Positions 40,112-50,497 are shown, counted from the stretch's first letter. The stretch: 64,000 bases of DNA from Gammaproteobacteria bacterium (GCA_965216305.1 OZ244144.1:5324941-5388940), one strand, 5' to 3'. Notes: generated from the letters alone by a model not told the origin. Numbers and translations are program-made.

Positions 40112-41782
40112 TCAGGAGTCACCGGCATTGTACTTGTCCCGTAGTTGATTGCGAATTCGTATGGCGGCGATGTTCAGCGTCACGATCAGGATCACGAGCA
40201 GCATCGCGGTGGCATACACGAGCGGCCGCGCTGCCTCGACATTCGGACTCTGGAAACCGACGTCGTAAATGTGAAAGCCAAGGTGCATGAACTTGCGGTC
40301 AACATGCAGAAACGGAAAGTTACCGTCCAGCGGTAAGGATGGTGCGAGTTTGACCACCCCAACCATCATCAGCGGCGCAACTTCACCGGCGGCGCGGGCG
40401 ATCGAAAGAATCAGCCCGGTCATCATCGCCGGGGTGGCCATCGGCAACACGGTTCGCCACAGCGTTTCGGCCTTCGTCGCACCCAGCGCGAGCGAGCCTT
40501 CGCGTATCGCGCGCGGAATACGCGTGAGGCCTTCTTCAGTCGACACGATAACCACGGGCACGGTGAGAATCGCGAGTGTCAGTGCCGACCACAATATTCC
40601 CGGCGTACCGAACGTTGGCGCTGGCAGCGCCTCGGCAAAGAACAGTTCATCGATGTTGCCACCGAGGAAATACACGAAGAAGCCAAGGCCGAACACGCCG
40701 TAGACGATCGACGGTACGCCGGCGAGGTTGTTCACGGCGATTCGGATTGTGCGTGTGAGCAAACCCTGATGCGCGTATTCGCGCAGGTATACCGCCGCGA
40801 TGACCCCGAACGGGGTGACGAAAATCGACATGATAATGACCAGCAATACCGTGCCGAAGATTGCCGGAAACACGCCGCCTTCGGTATTCGCTTCGCGCGG
40901 TTCGTCGCTGACGAATTCCCAGACCTTCGCGCCGTAATGCCGGATTTTCTCGAACAGGTTCATCGCGTTCGGCCGGAATGCGCGCACGAGCTGCGCCACC
41001 GGCAACACCACCATAGCCCCGGACTGCGTGCGCGCCGTCACGCTGTATCTCCCCACCTCGGTGTACAGTTCCGCGAGCGCCTCGCTGTGCCCGGCGTAAA
41101 CTTTATCGAGTTCGGCGCGTTCGGCGTCAATTTTTGCGTGTTTCTCCGGATCCTCATCGCCGTCGAGTTCGAGGCGTCGTTGGCGAAGACGCAATCGTTC
41201 CATGGCGTAATTGATACGGCCGATTTCGCCTTTCTGGATCGTCTCGATGCGCTCGCGCAGGGCGGACTTTTCCGTTAGCGCCTGCTGCAGCGCGGACCAG
41301 GCGTCGTCGCCGCTCGCGACGGTTTTACCGTCGCGTTCGACGCTGACGAGATAGCCGTAGAAATCGCCCCATTCGTCGCGTTCGCTAACGAACATGTCAC
41401 GCGGGGTTGTGCGCGAGGTAATGTCGGGTTCGTTGATCCAGACGAAATCGGCGCCGCCGATATCGCGGTTACCAACTTTTACAAGATAGCGGGTGACGAA
41501 TTCGACGCCTTCCGGAACGAAATCACCTCTTCCGCGAACCCGCGCCGCGGTGACGATTTCATCCTCGACGACGTTGCCAAGCAAGGTCCGTGTTTCACCA
41601 TCCGCTTCGTTGATCGTGATCGCCTCGATCGACGCCGGCCAGAAATGCCCGAGCCCTCGCGTTGCGATCAACAACAGCAATCCGAACACCATAACGAGAT
41701 TCAGACTCACCATACCGGCGCTGAGCCAGACCCACGGGCTGCCGCTGCCAACCCAGTTACGAATTTTCCCGGTTGTCCCCAT
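40112..41782 (-). CDS. pstA: Phosphate ABC transporter permease PstA, long form with large inserted soluble domain
   Basis: C-terminal ABC permease TM region; 556 aa against about 296 in E. coli. TAATG overlap with pstC. Confidence 0.88.
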   Translation of the reverse strand: MGTTGKIRNWVGSGSPWVWLSAGMVSLNLVMVFGLLLLIATRGLGHFWPASIEAITINEADGETRTLLGNVVEDEIVTAARVRGRGDFVPEGVEFVTRYLVKVGNRDIGGADFVWINEPDITSRTTPRDMFVSERDEWGDFYGYLVSVERDGKTVASGDDAWSALQQALTEKSALRERIETIQKGEIGRINYAMERLRLRQRRLELDGDEDPEKHAKIDAERAELDKVYAGHSEALAELYTEVGRYSVTARTQSGAMVVLPVAQLVRAFRPNAMNLFEKIRHYGAKVWEFVSDEPREANTEGGVFPAIFGTVLLVIIMSIFVTPFGVIAAVYLREYAHQGLLTRTIRIAVNNLAGVPSIVYGVFGLGFFVYFLGGNIDELFFAEALPAPTFGTPGILWSALTLAILTVPVVIVSTEEGLTRIPRAIREGSLALGATKAETLWRTVLPMATPAMMTGLILSIARAAGEVAPLMMVGVVKLAPSLPLDGNFPFLHVDRKFMHLGFHIYDVGFQSPNVEAARPLVYATAMLLVILIVTLNIAAIRIRNQLRDKYNAGDS

Positions 41783-44031
41783 TACAGGTTGCTGTACTTC
41801 ACGCGTAGCCGCTGACGCACGACTTCGGCGACCGTGTTGACGACGAATGTCACGAGGAACAGCACCAGTGCGGCGAGGAACAACACGCGGAAGTGCGTAC
41901 TGCCAACTTCGGACTCGGGCATCTCAACAGCAATATTCGCCGAAAGGGCGCGAAATCCCTCAAATATATTCATGTCCATAATCGGGGTGTTACCCGTTGC
42001 CATTAATACAATCATCGTCTCACCGACTGCGCGGCCAAGACCGATCATCACGGCCGAGAAAATGCCGGGGCTCGCGGTAAGAATCACAACCCCGACGACG
42101 GTCTGCCACGGCGTGGCGCCGAGTGCGAGTGAGCCGGACGTGAGATGTCGCGGTACACCGAATACCGCGTCCTCGCTGATCGAGAATATCGTCGGAATCA
42201 CCGCGAAACCGATCGCCATGCCAACGACGAGAGAATTTCGCTGGTCGTAAGTGATACCGAATTCGCGATTGAGCCATGACGGCAGGTTACCGTCGAACAG
42301 CAGCGTTTCGATTGGAACGCTGAGGGTGAGGGACAACCATATACCGAGACACACGACCGGGATCAACACCGCGGCCTCCCAACCCGTCGCCTGCCATCGT
42401 CGCGGCAGGCGGCTGGCAAGCAGCGAGGCGATTACGAATGACACAGGTACGAGCACGAATGCCAGAAATACACCGGCGAGATATTGCTCGATCAATGGCG
42501 CGAGCCACAGACCGGCGAGAAAACCGAGAATCACCGTCGGCAATGCGGCCATCACCTCAATCGAGGGTTTGACGAAGTTGCGCATTTTCGGGGTCATGAA
42601 ATAGGCCGTGTAGACGGCGCCGAAAATCGCCAGCGGAATCGCGAACAACATGGCGTAGAACGCCGCCTTGATGGTGCCGAATGTCAGCGGCGTGAGCGAA
42701 AACTTTGGTTCGAAGTCGCTGCTTGCCGACGAGGATTGCCAGATGTATTCGGGCTCGGCCCGGCTTTCGTACCACACTTTGCCCCACAGCGAGCGCCAGG
42801 AGATCTCCGGGTGTTCGTTGTGCACGACGTTGAAGTGTGCCGCGCCGCTGTCGTCTACTGCGAGCAAGGCGTTTGCGCGTGGTCCCATCGCAAGTTCGCG
42901 GATGATTCCGCTGGCAATGTTGTCGACGAGCAGAATCCGCTCGGCCGTTGTATGGAACAGACCGACGTTGCCGGCGCTGTCCGTCGCGGCGAAGCCCTTG
43001 CGGAAATATTCCGGTTCGATGCGGTTGACCGGTGACTCAAAGGCATCGAATTCGCGCACGTGCTGCAGCGAGTAGTTATTGCCTTCGTCACGTACCGGAA
43101 ACCATTGACTGATACGTCCGCGCGAATCGCCGACGAGGATCGAAATGCCGCCAGCGAGGGATTCCATCGCGGTAAGACGATGGTCACCGTCGACGACGTC
43201 GAGGCGGTCGATCAGAACCGGCGACGACTTGTTCTGAATATCAAAAAAACCGAGTTGCCCGTCCGGGGAGGCTACGTACAGTTCACGCTGTCCCGCATCG
43301 ACGAGCACGGTGTCGATCGTGAAGTCGACGGCCGCGAGGCGCGCGTGCGATACCTCGATTTCAACCTCATCGCCAAGCAGCGATTCTTCCGCGACGACGT
43401 AAGTCAGCACGATGTCATTGCTTTCCGTGACGGCGATGATCGTCGTCTCCCCGGCGTTTGTTTGTGCGCTCATCGCGCGCAGCGGTGCACCGTCCAGTCC
43501 GATGTCGATCGGTTCAGCGCCGAGCGGGTAACTCAGCGACGGGGTAATCGCACGCTTGTCGTTCGGATAGGCAATCGCATAGTCGGCACGAACGACAACG
43601 GCGGTACCGTCGGCATAAGCAGCGTAGAAGGTGTGGGTCTGCGGGTCGCCTCCTACGCTGGCGACGATTTCATGACCATCCGGGTGCGTGATAGTGCCAC
43701 GTGAAATTGTCTCGCCGTCGGACGCGCGGAAAAACGTATAGTCGCCGGACGTCGCCACAGCGAGACCAATTTCCGCGTATTCGTCGAGTGTAAGCCGGGC
43801 GATATCGCTGCCCTTGTACGGCAGCTGGTAGGCATCAAGAGCTTCCATTCGCGCGCTGGCGAACATCGGCACCACCACGTAGAACAGGTAGAAGAAGATC
43901 ATCACGATCGCGATGATCACGCCGATTCCGCCCACCGCCATCGTCGCCCCGAACAGGCGATCCTTGAGCATGCGCCAGTCGCGGCGACGCGCCTCGGTGG
44001 CCTTGGATATCTCGTTTAGCGCGCTTTCCAC
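41782..44031 (-). CDS. pstC: Phosphate ABC transporter permease PstC, long form with a roughly 440-aa N-terminal periplasmic domain
   Basis: C-terminal permease core with an N-terminal repeat-rich domain. 749 aa against about 319 in E. coli. GTG start; ATG 43971 is an alternative. Confidence 0.88.
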   Translation of the reverse strand: MESALNEISKATEARRRDWRMLKDRLFGATMAVGGIGVIIAIVMIFFYLFYVVVPMFASARMEALDAYQLPYKGSDIARLTLDEYAEIGLAVATSGDYTFFRASDGETISRGTITHPDGHEIVASVGGDPQTHTFYAAYADGTAVVVRADYAIAYPNDKRAITPSLSYPLGAEPIDIGLDGAPLRAMSAQTNAGETTIIAVTESNDIVLTYVVAEESLLGDEVEIEVSHARLAAVDFTIDTVLVDAGQRELYVASPDGQLGFFDIQNKSSPVLIDRLDVVDGDHRLTAMESLAGGISILVGDSRGRISQWFPVRDEGNNYSLQHVREFDAFESPVNRIEPEYFRKGFAATDSAGNVGLFHTTAERILLVDNIASGIIRELAMGPRANALLAVDDSGAAHFNVVHNEHPEISWRSLWGKVWYESRAEPEYIWQSSSASSDFEPKFSLTPLTFGTIKAAFYAMLFAIPLAIFGAVYTAYFMTPKMRNFVKPSIEVMAALPTVILGFLAGLWLAPLIEQYLAGVFLAFVLVPVSFVIASLLASRLPRRWQATGWEAAVLIPVVCLGIWLSLTLSVPIETLLFDGNLPSWLNREFGITYDQRNSLVVGMAIGFAVIPTIFSISEDAVFGVPRHLTSGSLALGATPWQTVVGVVILTASPGIFSAVMIGLGRAVGETMIVLMATGNTPIMDMNIFEGFRALSANIAVEMPESEVGSTHFRVLFLAALVLFLVTFVVNTVAEVVRQRLRVKYSNL

Positions 44032-44147
44032 GACGGTTTAAGGGGACTGGTCCTGATGGTCGAGAATCATGGCGTTTCCGCCGGCGAAAAGAAAGCCGCG
44101 CAAAGGCGGCTTTCCCGGACGCGGCGAAGTGCGGTGACGCCTGGCGA

Positions 44148-45122
44148 TCAGCCGCCGAGCAGCTCATCGAATTTCGCCGTGACTTTCGCCGGCAGCGGGA
44201 TGTAACCATCCTTGACGACGACGCCCTGGCCGGTCTTCGACATTATCATGCGAATGAACTCACGTTCGAGCGGCGGCATGGGTTTGTTCGGGTGTTTGTT
44301 TACATAAACATAGAGGAAGCGCGACAGCGGAAACTTGCCGCTGACAGCGTTTTCCGGCGTTGCGTCCACGAATTCACCGCCAGGCTTCTTCGCCAGCGGC
44401 ACCGCACGCACGCCCGAGGTGCGGTAGCCGATCCCGGAGTATCCGATACCGTTGATCGATTTCGTCACGCCCTGAACCACGGAGGCGGAACCGGGTTGTT
44501 CATTGACGGAATTCTTGAAGTCGCCCTTGCACAGGGCTTTTTCCTTGAAGTAACCGTACGTACCGGAAACGGAGTTTCGACCGTACAGCTGGATGGGACG
44601 TGAAGCCCATTCACCGGTGAGCCCGAGGTCGCCCCAGGTGTTGAGATCGGCAGGGTGGCCGCACGTGCGGGTGGCGGAAAATATCGCGTCCACCTGCGGT
44701 ATCGTCAGTCCTTCTATCGGATTGTCCTTGTGCGCATAGACCGCGAGTGCGTCAATCGCGACCGGGATGGCGGTTGGCTTATAGCCGTGACGGGACTCAA
44801 ACGCCTCGATTTCCTTGCCTTTCATTTTGCGGCTCATCGGGCCGAGGTTCGACGTACCTTCCGTCAGGGCCGGCGGCGCGGTACTCGATCCGGCTGCCTG
44901 AACCTGGATGTTCACGTTGGGATACAGGCGCTTGAATTCTTCCGTCCACAGGGTCATCAGGTTCGCGAGCGTGTCGGAACCGACACTGGAGATATTGCCC
45001 GAAACCCCGCTTGCCTTCGTGTAGTCGGCCAGGTCCGGGTCGAGCCCGTCATTCGCGCCAGCCGCTGGCAAAAATGCGCAGAGCGCGATGTAGAGGAAGG
45101 TAAGCGATTGAATTTTCAACAT
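44148..45122 (-). CDS. pstS: Phosphate-binding protein PstS
   Basis: Signal peptide [23 protein letters not shown] and PBP fold. ATG 45122 preceded by AAGGAG. Confidence 0.93.
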   Translation of the reverse strand: MLKIQSLTFLYIALCAFLPAAGANDGLDPDLADYTKASGVSGNISSVGSDTLANLMTLWTEEFKRLYPNVNIQVQAAGSSTAPPALTEGTSNLGPMSRKMKGKEIEAFESRHGYKPTAIPVAIDALAVYAHKDNPIEGLTIPQVDAIFSATRTCGHPADLNTWGDLGLTGEWASRPIQLYGRNSVSGTYGYFKEKALCKGDFKNSVNEQPGSASVVQGVTKSINGIGYSGIGYRTSGVRAVPLAKKPGGEFVDATPENAVSGKFPLSRFLYVYVNKHPNKPMPPLEREFIRMIMSKTGQGVVVKDGYIPLPAKVTAKFDELLGG

Positions 45123-45201
45123 AATCTCCTTGTGCTGCGACAGAACGAACCGCCAGGCGGCGCGTGCGCGACCGCGGACACACCCGTGGCCGACGGGGCA
45201 C

Positions 45202-45235
45202 ATTAAACGGGGAGATTATTACAAGAGTGTGACGG
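45202..45235 (-). promoter_or_regulatory. Weak candidate Pho box and -10 upstream of pstS
   Basis: Minus strand reads CCGTCAC-actc-TTGTAAT (each half-site 5/7 to CTGTCAT), then 10 nt, then TTTAAT. Confidence 0.35.
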
Positions 45236-45265
45236 TGTGGCAGCCGGCACAGCCACCCGCCCGCG

Positions 45266-46117
45266 TCAGCGTTCGGCGACGATGTAGCAAATCCAGCCGG
45301 CATCCGGCTCGGCTTCCGTGGCGGGATAGAACTCACCGTCCGCCTCTTCGCCGCTTTCGTCCCAACCCTGCCAGTAAACGGTAACTTTCGCGAAGCCGGC
45401 CTCGGTGAGAATTTCCTGGATTTCCGGCAACGTCCACATCCGCCATTCGTACGTGAATGCGCGCTTCAGTCGGGTGCCATCGTTGAATTTGAAATGTATG
45501 TGACAACGCATATCCCCCGTGATGGGGTTATACGTCGCCTGGTGCCAGGTGTAGCGAAAGTCGTCGTAATCCGTATGTTCCTTGACCACCCGAAACGCGT
45601 CGTAACCACCGAACGCATCGAGGAAGAAGATGCCGTCGTCGTTCAGGGATTCGCGCACGCGGGAAAAATAATCGCGCAGAACCGCCCTTTCCTTGAAAAT
45701 CATGTAGCTGAAATTCATCGCCAGCACGATGTCCTGATCAACAACATCGGTGGTGAGAACATTGCCGTGCACCAGCGCGATGCGCTCGCTCGCGCCGTCA
45801 GCGAGTTTCTGGACGTGATGCTCCCGGCCCCAGGCCATGACTTCGTCATCGAGATCGACACCAACGGCGTAATTTCCCGGTCGCCGGCGCACCCATTCGC
45901 AGGACGTGTTGCCGGTACCGCAGAAATCCTCGCGCAAGCGGGACGCCTGGCGGCCGCGCAGCGTCGAGAATGTTTCATCGACGAAATCGATTTCAGCGTC
46001 GACGGCCTGTACCGATCGCTCATAGAGTTCATGCCGATCGGCATTGCTTGCGGTCAGCTTTTTCGCGCGCTTCTTGTTCCGTTTCGACGGTTTTCTCTTT
46101 TTGTCTTTCGATGCCAT
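45266..46117 (-). CDS. Class I SAM-dependent methyltransferase with N-terminal polylysine/arginine tail
   Basis: Rossmann motif I DFCGTGNTS and post-I acidic LVHGNVLTTD. N-terminus MASKDKKRKPSKRNKKRAKK. Lies between pstS and ppk. Family not recognised beyond class I MTase. Confidence 0.6.
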   Translation of the reverse strand: MASKDKKRKPSKRNKKRAKKLTASNADRHELYERSVQAVDAEIDFVDETFSTLRGRQASRLREDFCGTGNTSCEWVRRRPGNYAVGVDLDDEVMAWGREHHVQKLADGASERIALVHGNVLTTDVVDQDIVLAMNFSYMIFKERAVLRDYFSRVRESLNDDGIFFLDAFGGYDAFRVVKEHTDYDDFRYTWHQATYNPITGDMRCHIHFKFNDGTRLKRAFTYEWRMWTLPEIQEILTEAGFAKVTVYWQGWDESGEEADGEFYPATEAEPDAGWICYIVAER

Positions 46118-46248
46118 GTTTGACGCTGCTACCCGCTATACTCAAAAAGCGCTTCGGTATTGTTTCGAGGGCGCTTCCGCGATAAAAGTGCTGGTGAATA
46201 ATTTAAACAGCGCGCGATTCTAGCATCATCCGTCAAGGCTTCAGCTTG

Positions 46249-48384
46249 ATGCAGAGCAAGGGTTCCGATGTGCGAACGGTCGACGCGCCTGAGTGTGCCC
46301 AGATATCCATGGATGCGAAAACGGCGGACCTCGGCGATGCCGAGCTGTATCTCAATCGCGAGCTGAGCCAGCTCGAGTTCAACCGGCGTGTTCTCGAACA
46401 AGCAAAAGATTCGTCCAACCCCTTGCTCGAACGGCTCAAATTTCTCTGCATCGCGAGCAGCAATCTCGATGAGTTTTTCGAAATTCGCGTTTCCGGTCTG
46501 AAACAACAGGTCGCCTACGGGTCGGAATCAACCGGGCCGGATCAGCTCACACCGGTGGAGCAATTGCGCCGGATCAGCGATATCTCGCACGAACTCGTGC
46601 GCGAACAATACCGCGTGTTGAACGAGGAGCTGATCCCGCGGCTCGCCGAGGAAGACATACATTTCCTCAAACGCGCGCAATGGAATACGCGTCAGGCGGC
46701 CTGGGTGAAACGGTATTTCAACCGCGAGCTGATGCCGGTGCTGAGCCCGATCGGACTCGATCCCTCGCATCCGTTTCCCCGAATATTAAACAAGAGTCTT
46801 AATTTCCTCGTCTCGCTGGAAGGCAAGGATGCGTTCGGCCGCAACAGCGCGATCGCGATCGTGCAGGCACCCCGGGCGCTGCCACGGATCATCAACATTC
46901 CGGAGTCCCATGCTGGCGGTCCGCACGAGTTCGTGTTTCTGTCGTCAATCATTCACGCTCATGTCGATGACATTTTCCCGGGTATGCAGGTCACGGGCTG
47001 CTACCAGTTCCGGGTCACGCGCGACAGCGACCTGTTTGTTGATGATGAAGAAGTCGAGGACTTGCTGCGCGCGCTGGAAGGCGAACTCGACCAGCGCCGC
47101 TTCGGCGCGGCAGTACGGCTCGAAGTCGCGGCGGAATGCCCGATCGAAATGATCAGCCGCCTCGGGCACGAGTTCAAACTTGTCGATAACGAGATTTACC
47201 GCTGCAATGGCCCGGTGAATCTCACCCGTCTGATGGCGGTTCCGGCCATGGTCGAACGGCCGGATCTGAAGTTTCCGGTATTTACGCCCAGCCGCCCGCG
47301 CCGCCTCGCGCTGGCAACCGACATGTTCGCCGTGATCCGGCGTGGCGATTTGATGCTGCATCACCCGTTCGAATCATTCGTGCCCGTGATCGAATTTCTG
47401 CGCCAGGCGGCGAACGATCCGGATGTGCTCGTGATCAAGCAAACGCTTTACCGCACGGGCCCGGATTCACCGGTTGCCGAGGCGCTCGTTGAAGCCGCGC
47501 GTGCGGGCAAGGAAGTTACCGTGGTGGTGGAACTGAAGGCGCGCTTCGATGAACGCGCAAACATCGACCTCGCGGCGAAACTTCAGGAAGCCGGCGCCCA
47601 TGTCGTCTACGGCGTCGTTGGCCACAAGACGCACGCGAAAATGATCCTCGTCGTCCGGCGCGAAGGGAAACTGCTGCGCCGCTACGTTCATCTTGGCACC
47701 GGTAACTACCACCCGAGTACGGCGCGCCTGTATACGGACTACGGCCTGTTCACGTGTGACAACGCGTTCGGCGTCGACGTGCAGAAGGTTTTCCATCAGC
47801 TCACAGCGCCGGGACGTCCGGGCAAGCTGAAAAAGATGCTGCAATCCCCGTTTACGCTGCACAAGACGATGATCGAATTCATCGAGCGCGAAGCCGCGAA
47901 TGCGCGAGCGGGTAAACCCGCCCGGATCATCGCGAAAATGAACGCACTGGTGGAAGTGCAGGTGATCAAAGCGCTGTATGAAGCCTCACGCGCCGGGGTG
48001 AAGATCGATCTGATTGTGCGCGGCGTGTGCGCGTTGCGCCCGGGGATCGAGAACGTTTCGGAAAATATCCAGGTCCGTTCCATCGTTGGCCGGTTTCTCG
48101 AACATACGCGGGTCTTTTATTTCTACAACGGCGGACTCGAGGATGTCTATTTATCGAGCGCGGACTGGATGGGCCGGAATTTTTTCAATCGCGTCGAAAG
48201 CTGCTTCCTCGTCGAGGACAAGCGCTTACGCGACCGCATCATCAAGCAGGGTCTTAACTCATACTTAAGTGACAACGTACGTGCCTGGGTGTTGCGCAGT
48301 GACGGCACCTATGTCCGCGTGAAACCGGGGTCAGCGCGTGCGCGCGACGCGCAGCAGATCCTGCTCGAGCGGCTCGGCGAATAA
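46249..48384 (+). CDS. ppk: Polyphosphate kinase 1
   Basis: PPK1 N, H and C domains (LYLNRELSQLEFNRRVLEQA; PLD-like HxK motifs). The track starts at TTG 46246; ATG 46249 or ATG 46309 are possible. Confidence 0.95.
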   Translation: MQSKGSDVRTVDAPECAQISMDAKTADLGDAELYLNRELSQLEFNRRVLEQAKDSSNPLLERLKFLCIASSNLDEFFEIRVSGLKQQVAYGSESTGPDQLTPVEQLRRISDISHELVREQYRVLNEELIPRLAEEDIHFLKRAQWNTRQAAWVKRYFNRELMPVLSPIGLDPSHPFPRILNKSLNFLVSLEGKDAFGRNSAIAIVQAPRALPRIINIPESHAGGPHEFVFLSSIIHAHVDDIFPGMQVTGCYQFRVTRDSDLFVDDEEVEDLLRALEGELDQRRFGAAVRLEVAAECPIEMISRLGHEFKLVDNEIYRCNGPVNLTRLMAVPAMVERPDLKFPVFTPSRPRRLALATDMFAVIRRGDLMLHHPFESFVPVIEFLRQAANDPDVLVIKQTLYRTGPDSPVAEALVEAARAGKEVTVVVELKARFDERANIDLAAKLQEAGAHVVYGVVGHKTHAKMILVVRREGKLLRRYVHLGTGNYHPSTARLYTDYGLFTCDNAFGVDVQKVFHQLTAPGRPGKLKKMLQSPFTLHKTMIEFIEREAANARAGKPARIIAKMNALVEVQVIKALYEASRAGVKIDLIVRGVCALRPGIENVSENIQVRSIVGRFLEHTRVFYFYNGGLEDVYLSSADWMGRNFFNRVESCFLVEDKRLRDRIIKQGLNSYLSDNVRAWVLRSDGTYVRVKPGSARARDAQQILLERLGE

Positions 48385-48401
48385 ATCCGCGCGCGGGCGA
48401 A

Positions 48402-49898
48402 TTACCTGAACTTCAGCTTGAAGCCGGCGGTTTTCAGATAACCCGCTTCGATCTCGAGATCGGCGCTCGTGAGTTGATGCACGTCGAGCCAGCCGTCAGG
48501 GAAGCGCAGTTTTATTTTCCGCTCTCCCGCTTTGACCTGTATTTCCGGCAGCGGGGTTTCGCTGCGCCGCCGATGCAAGACAACCGCCAGGCGCAGCAAC
48601 ACGCACAAGCGTTCGAGCGCCGGCCGCACCGGGTCTGCAACCGTACCGAATTCCGTGCCCGGCCATTTGCGCCGATGCCCCCGTACGAGCACCGCGAGAT
48701 GACGCTGCTCGCCGCGGGAAAATCCCGGCATATCAAGATGCGCGAGCAGGTAGCCACCATGCTTGTGATACTGACTGTGGGAGATCGCACTGCCGAGTTC
48801 GTGCAGTAACGCGGCCCAACGCAGCAACTGGCGGTGCCCTTCGTGATGCAGATCCCACGATTCGGCGACCTGTTCCCATAAGGCCTTCGCGGTGAGGTAC
48901 ACACGGTTCGCCTGGGCGCGATCCACGGCATAACTGTCGAGCAGACCGGCAACCGTCTGCTCGCGCACGTCCTCATCCTGGATCCGGCCGAGCAGGTCAT
49001 ACAACAAGCCCTCGCGCAGTGCCTGCGAAGATACCCGCATGTGTTCGATACCGAGCGTGTGGAATATCGCCAGCAGTATCGCTACGCCGCCGGCGAACAC
49101 CGGGCGGCGTTCTTCCGACAATCCCTCGAGCTCGAGGTTGTCGATATGGCCGGCGGCGATCATGGTCTCGCGCAATTGCTCGAGTGAGCCCCGCGTGACG
49201 CCGTCCTTGCTCCAGCCATTCGCGACAATCACGTCGCGGATGGCGATGTTCGTGCCGGAAGCGCCAATCACGGACTGCCAGGCATGCTCCTGATACTGCG
49301 CCTCGATGGGTTCGAGTTCCTGCTGCGCCCGCAATTCGGCTTTTTGCATCGCGCGGGCGGAAATCTCGCCGTCCGGAAACAACGCCGTGCTCATCGACAC
49401 GCAACCCATATGCAGGCTTTCCATCAACAGGGGATCGAAACGACGTCCCAGGATCAGCTCCGTGCTGCCGCCGCCGATGTCGATCACGAGGCGCAAATCG
49501 GATTCGTCTTCGAGACCATGCGAAACGCCGAGATAGATCAGGCGTGCTTCTTCACGCCCGGCAATGACATCGATAGGGAAGCCCAGCGCGGCTTCACCGC
49601 GAGCGAGGAATTCCTGTCCGTTGCGCGCTTTGCGCAGCGTATTCGTGCCGACCACACGCACGTTCTCCGGGTCGAAATCGCGGATCCTTTCGCCGAAACG
49701 GTGCAGGGTCTCAACCCCGCGTTCGATCGCTGCGCTGTCGAGCATGTTGTCCGCACCGAGGCCGGCCGCCAGCCGCACGGTATCGCGAACACGGTCGATC
49801 ACCCTGAACTGGCCCTTCGCAGTTTGCGCCACAACCATGTGGAAACTATTGGAGCCGAGATCAACGGCGGCGATGGAAGTTGGGATTTCGGCGTCCAT
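48402..49898 (-). CDS. ppx: Exopolyphosphatase / guanosine pentaphosphate phosphohydrolase (Ppx/GppA family)
   Basis: Actin-like ATPase fold, N-terminus AAVDLGSNSFHMVV; 498 aa. Convergent with ppk. Confidence 0.92.
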   Translation of the reverse strand: MDAEIPTSIAAVDLGSNSFHMVVAQTAKGQFRVIDRVRDTVRLAAGLGADNMLDSAAIERGVETLHRFGERIRDFDPENVRVVGTNTLRKARNGQEFLARGEAALGFPIDVIAGREEARLIYLGVSHGLEDESDLRLVIDIGGGSTELILGRRFDPLLMESLHMGCVSMSTALFPDGEISARAMQKAELRAQQELEPIEAQYQEHAWQSVIGASGTNIAIRDVIVANGWSKDGVTRGSLEQLRETMIAAGHIDNLELEGLSEERRPVFAGGVAILLAIFHTLGIEHMRVSSQALREGLLYDLLGRIQDEDVREQTVAGLLDSYAVDRAQANRVYLTAKALWEQVAESWDLHHEGHRQLLRWAALLHELGSAISHSQYHKHGGYLLAHLDMPGFSRGEQRHLAVLVRGHRRKWPGTEFGTVADPVRPALERLCVLLRLAVVLHRRRSETPLPEIQVKAGERKIKLRFPDGWLDVHQLTSADLEIEAGYLKTAGFKLKFR

Positions 49899-50007
49899 AC
49901 AAGGCTGGATGATTACGGTGGCCGCGCCTGGACGCGGGTATCGACGCGCCGGGCAGGCGTCGTCGATGGGTTTACGAGAGTGTCGACATTATACTGGACT
50001 CGTACGA

Positions 50008-50445
50008 ATGAACGGGAGAACGTTTTTGGCGACGACAACGATACAGCGCATCGACCCGCTGGCAGCGAAGGCACTGCTCGACCGTGAGCCGGCGGCCCGG
50101 CTCATTGATGTACGCAGCACCGTTGAATTCGATTATGTCGGACACCCAATCGGCGCGCTGCACGTACCCTGGAAAGACTATCCTGACTGGCAGGAGAATC
50201 CCGCGTTCGTCGCCACGGTCGATGCCGCCATCGGCAACGACGATGAAAACGGCCGTAATCGCCCGGTATTGCTCATTTGCCGCAGCGGCGCGCGCTCGTA
50301 CAACGCCGCCGAACGCCTCAGCGAACACGGTTACACGCAGCTATATAACGTGGAGGAAGGGTTCGAGGGGGACAAGGACGAGAACCGACACCGGGGCACG
50401 GTCAATGGCTGGCGCTTTCGCGGCCTGCCCTGGGAACAGGGCTAG
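50008..50445 (+). CDS. Single-domain rhodanese-like sulfurtransferase
   Basis: Active-site loop CRSGARS, a Cys-X4-Arg 6-residue loop; 145 aa. The track's 293-aa ORF is an over-extension. Confidence 0.75.
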   Translation: MNGRTFLATTTIQRIDPLAAKALLDREPAARLIDVRSTVEFDYVGHPIGALHVPWKDYPDWQENPAFVATVDAAIGNDDENGRNRPVLLICRSGARSYNAAERLSEHGYTQLYNVEEGFEGDKDENRHRGTVNGWRFRGLPWEQG

Positions 50446-50497
50446 CGCAATACCTTCGTGTGACACGAATCCGGGCGGCGCCCGGTGCGAAGCCGCG

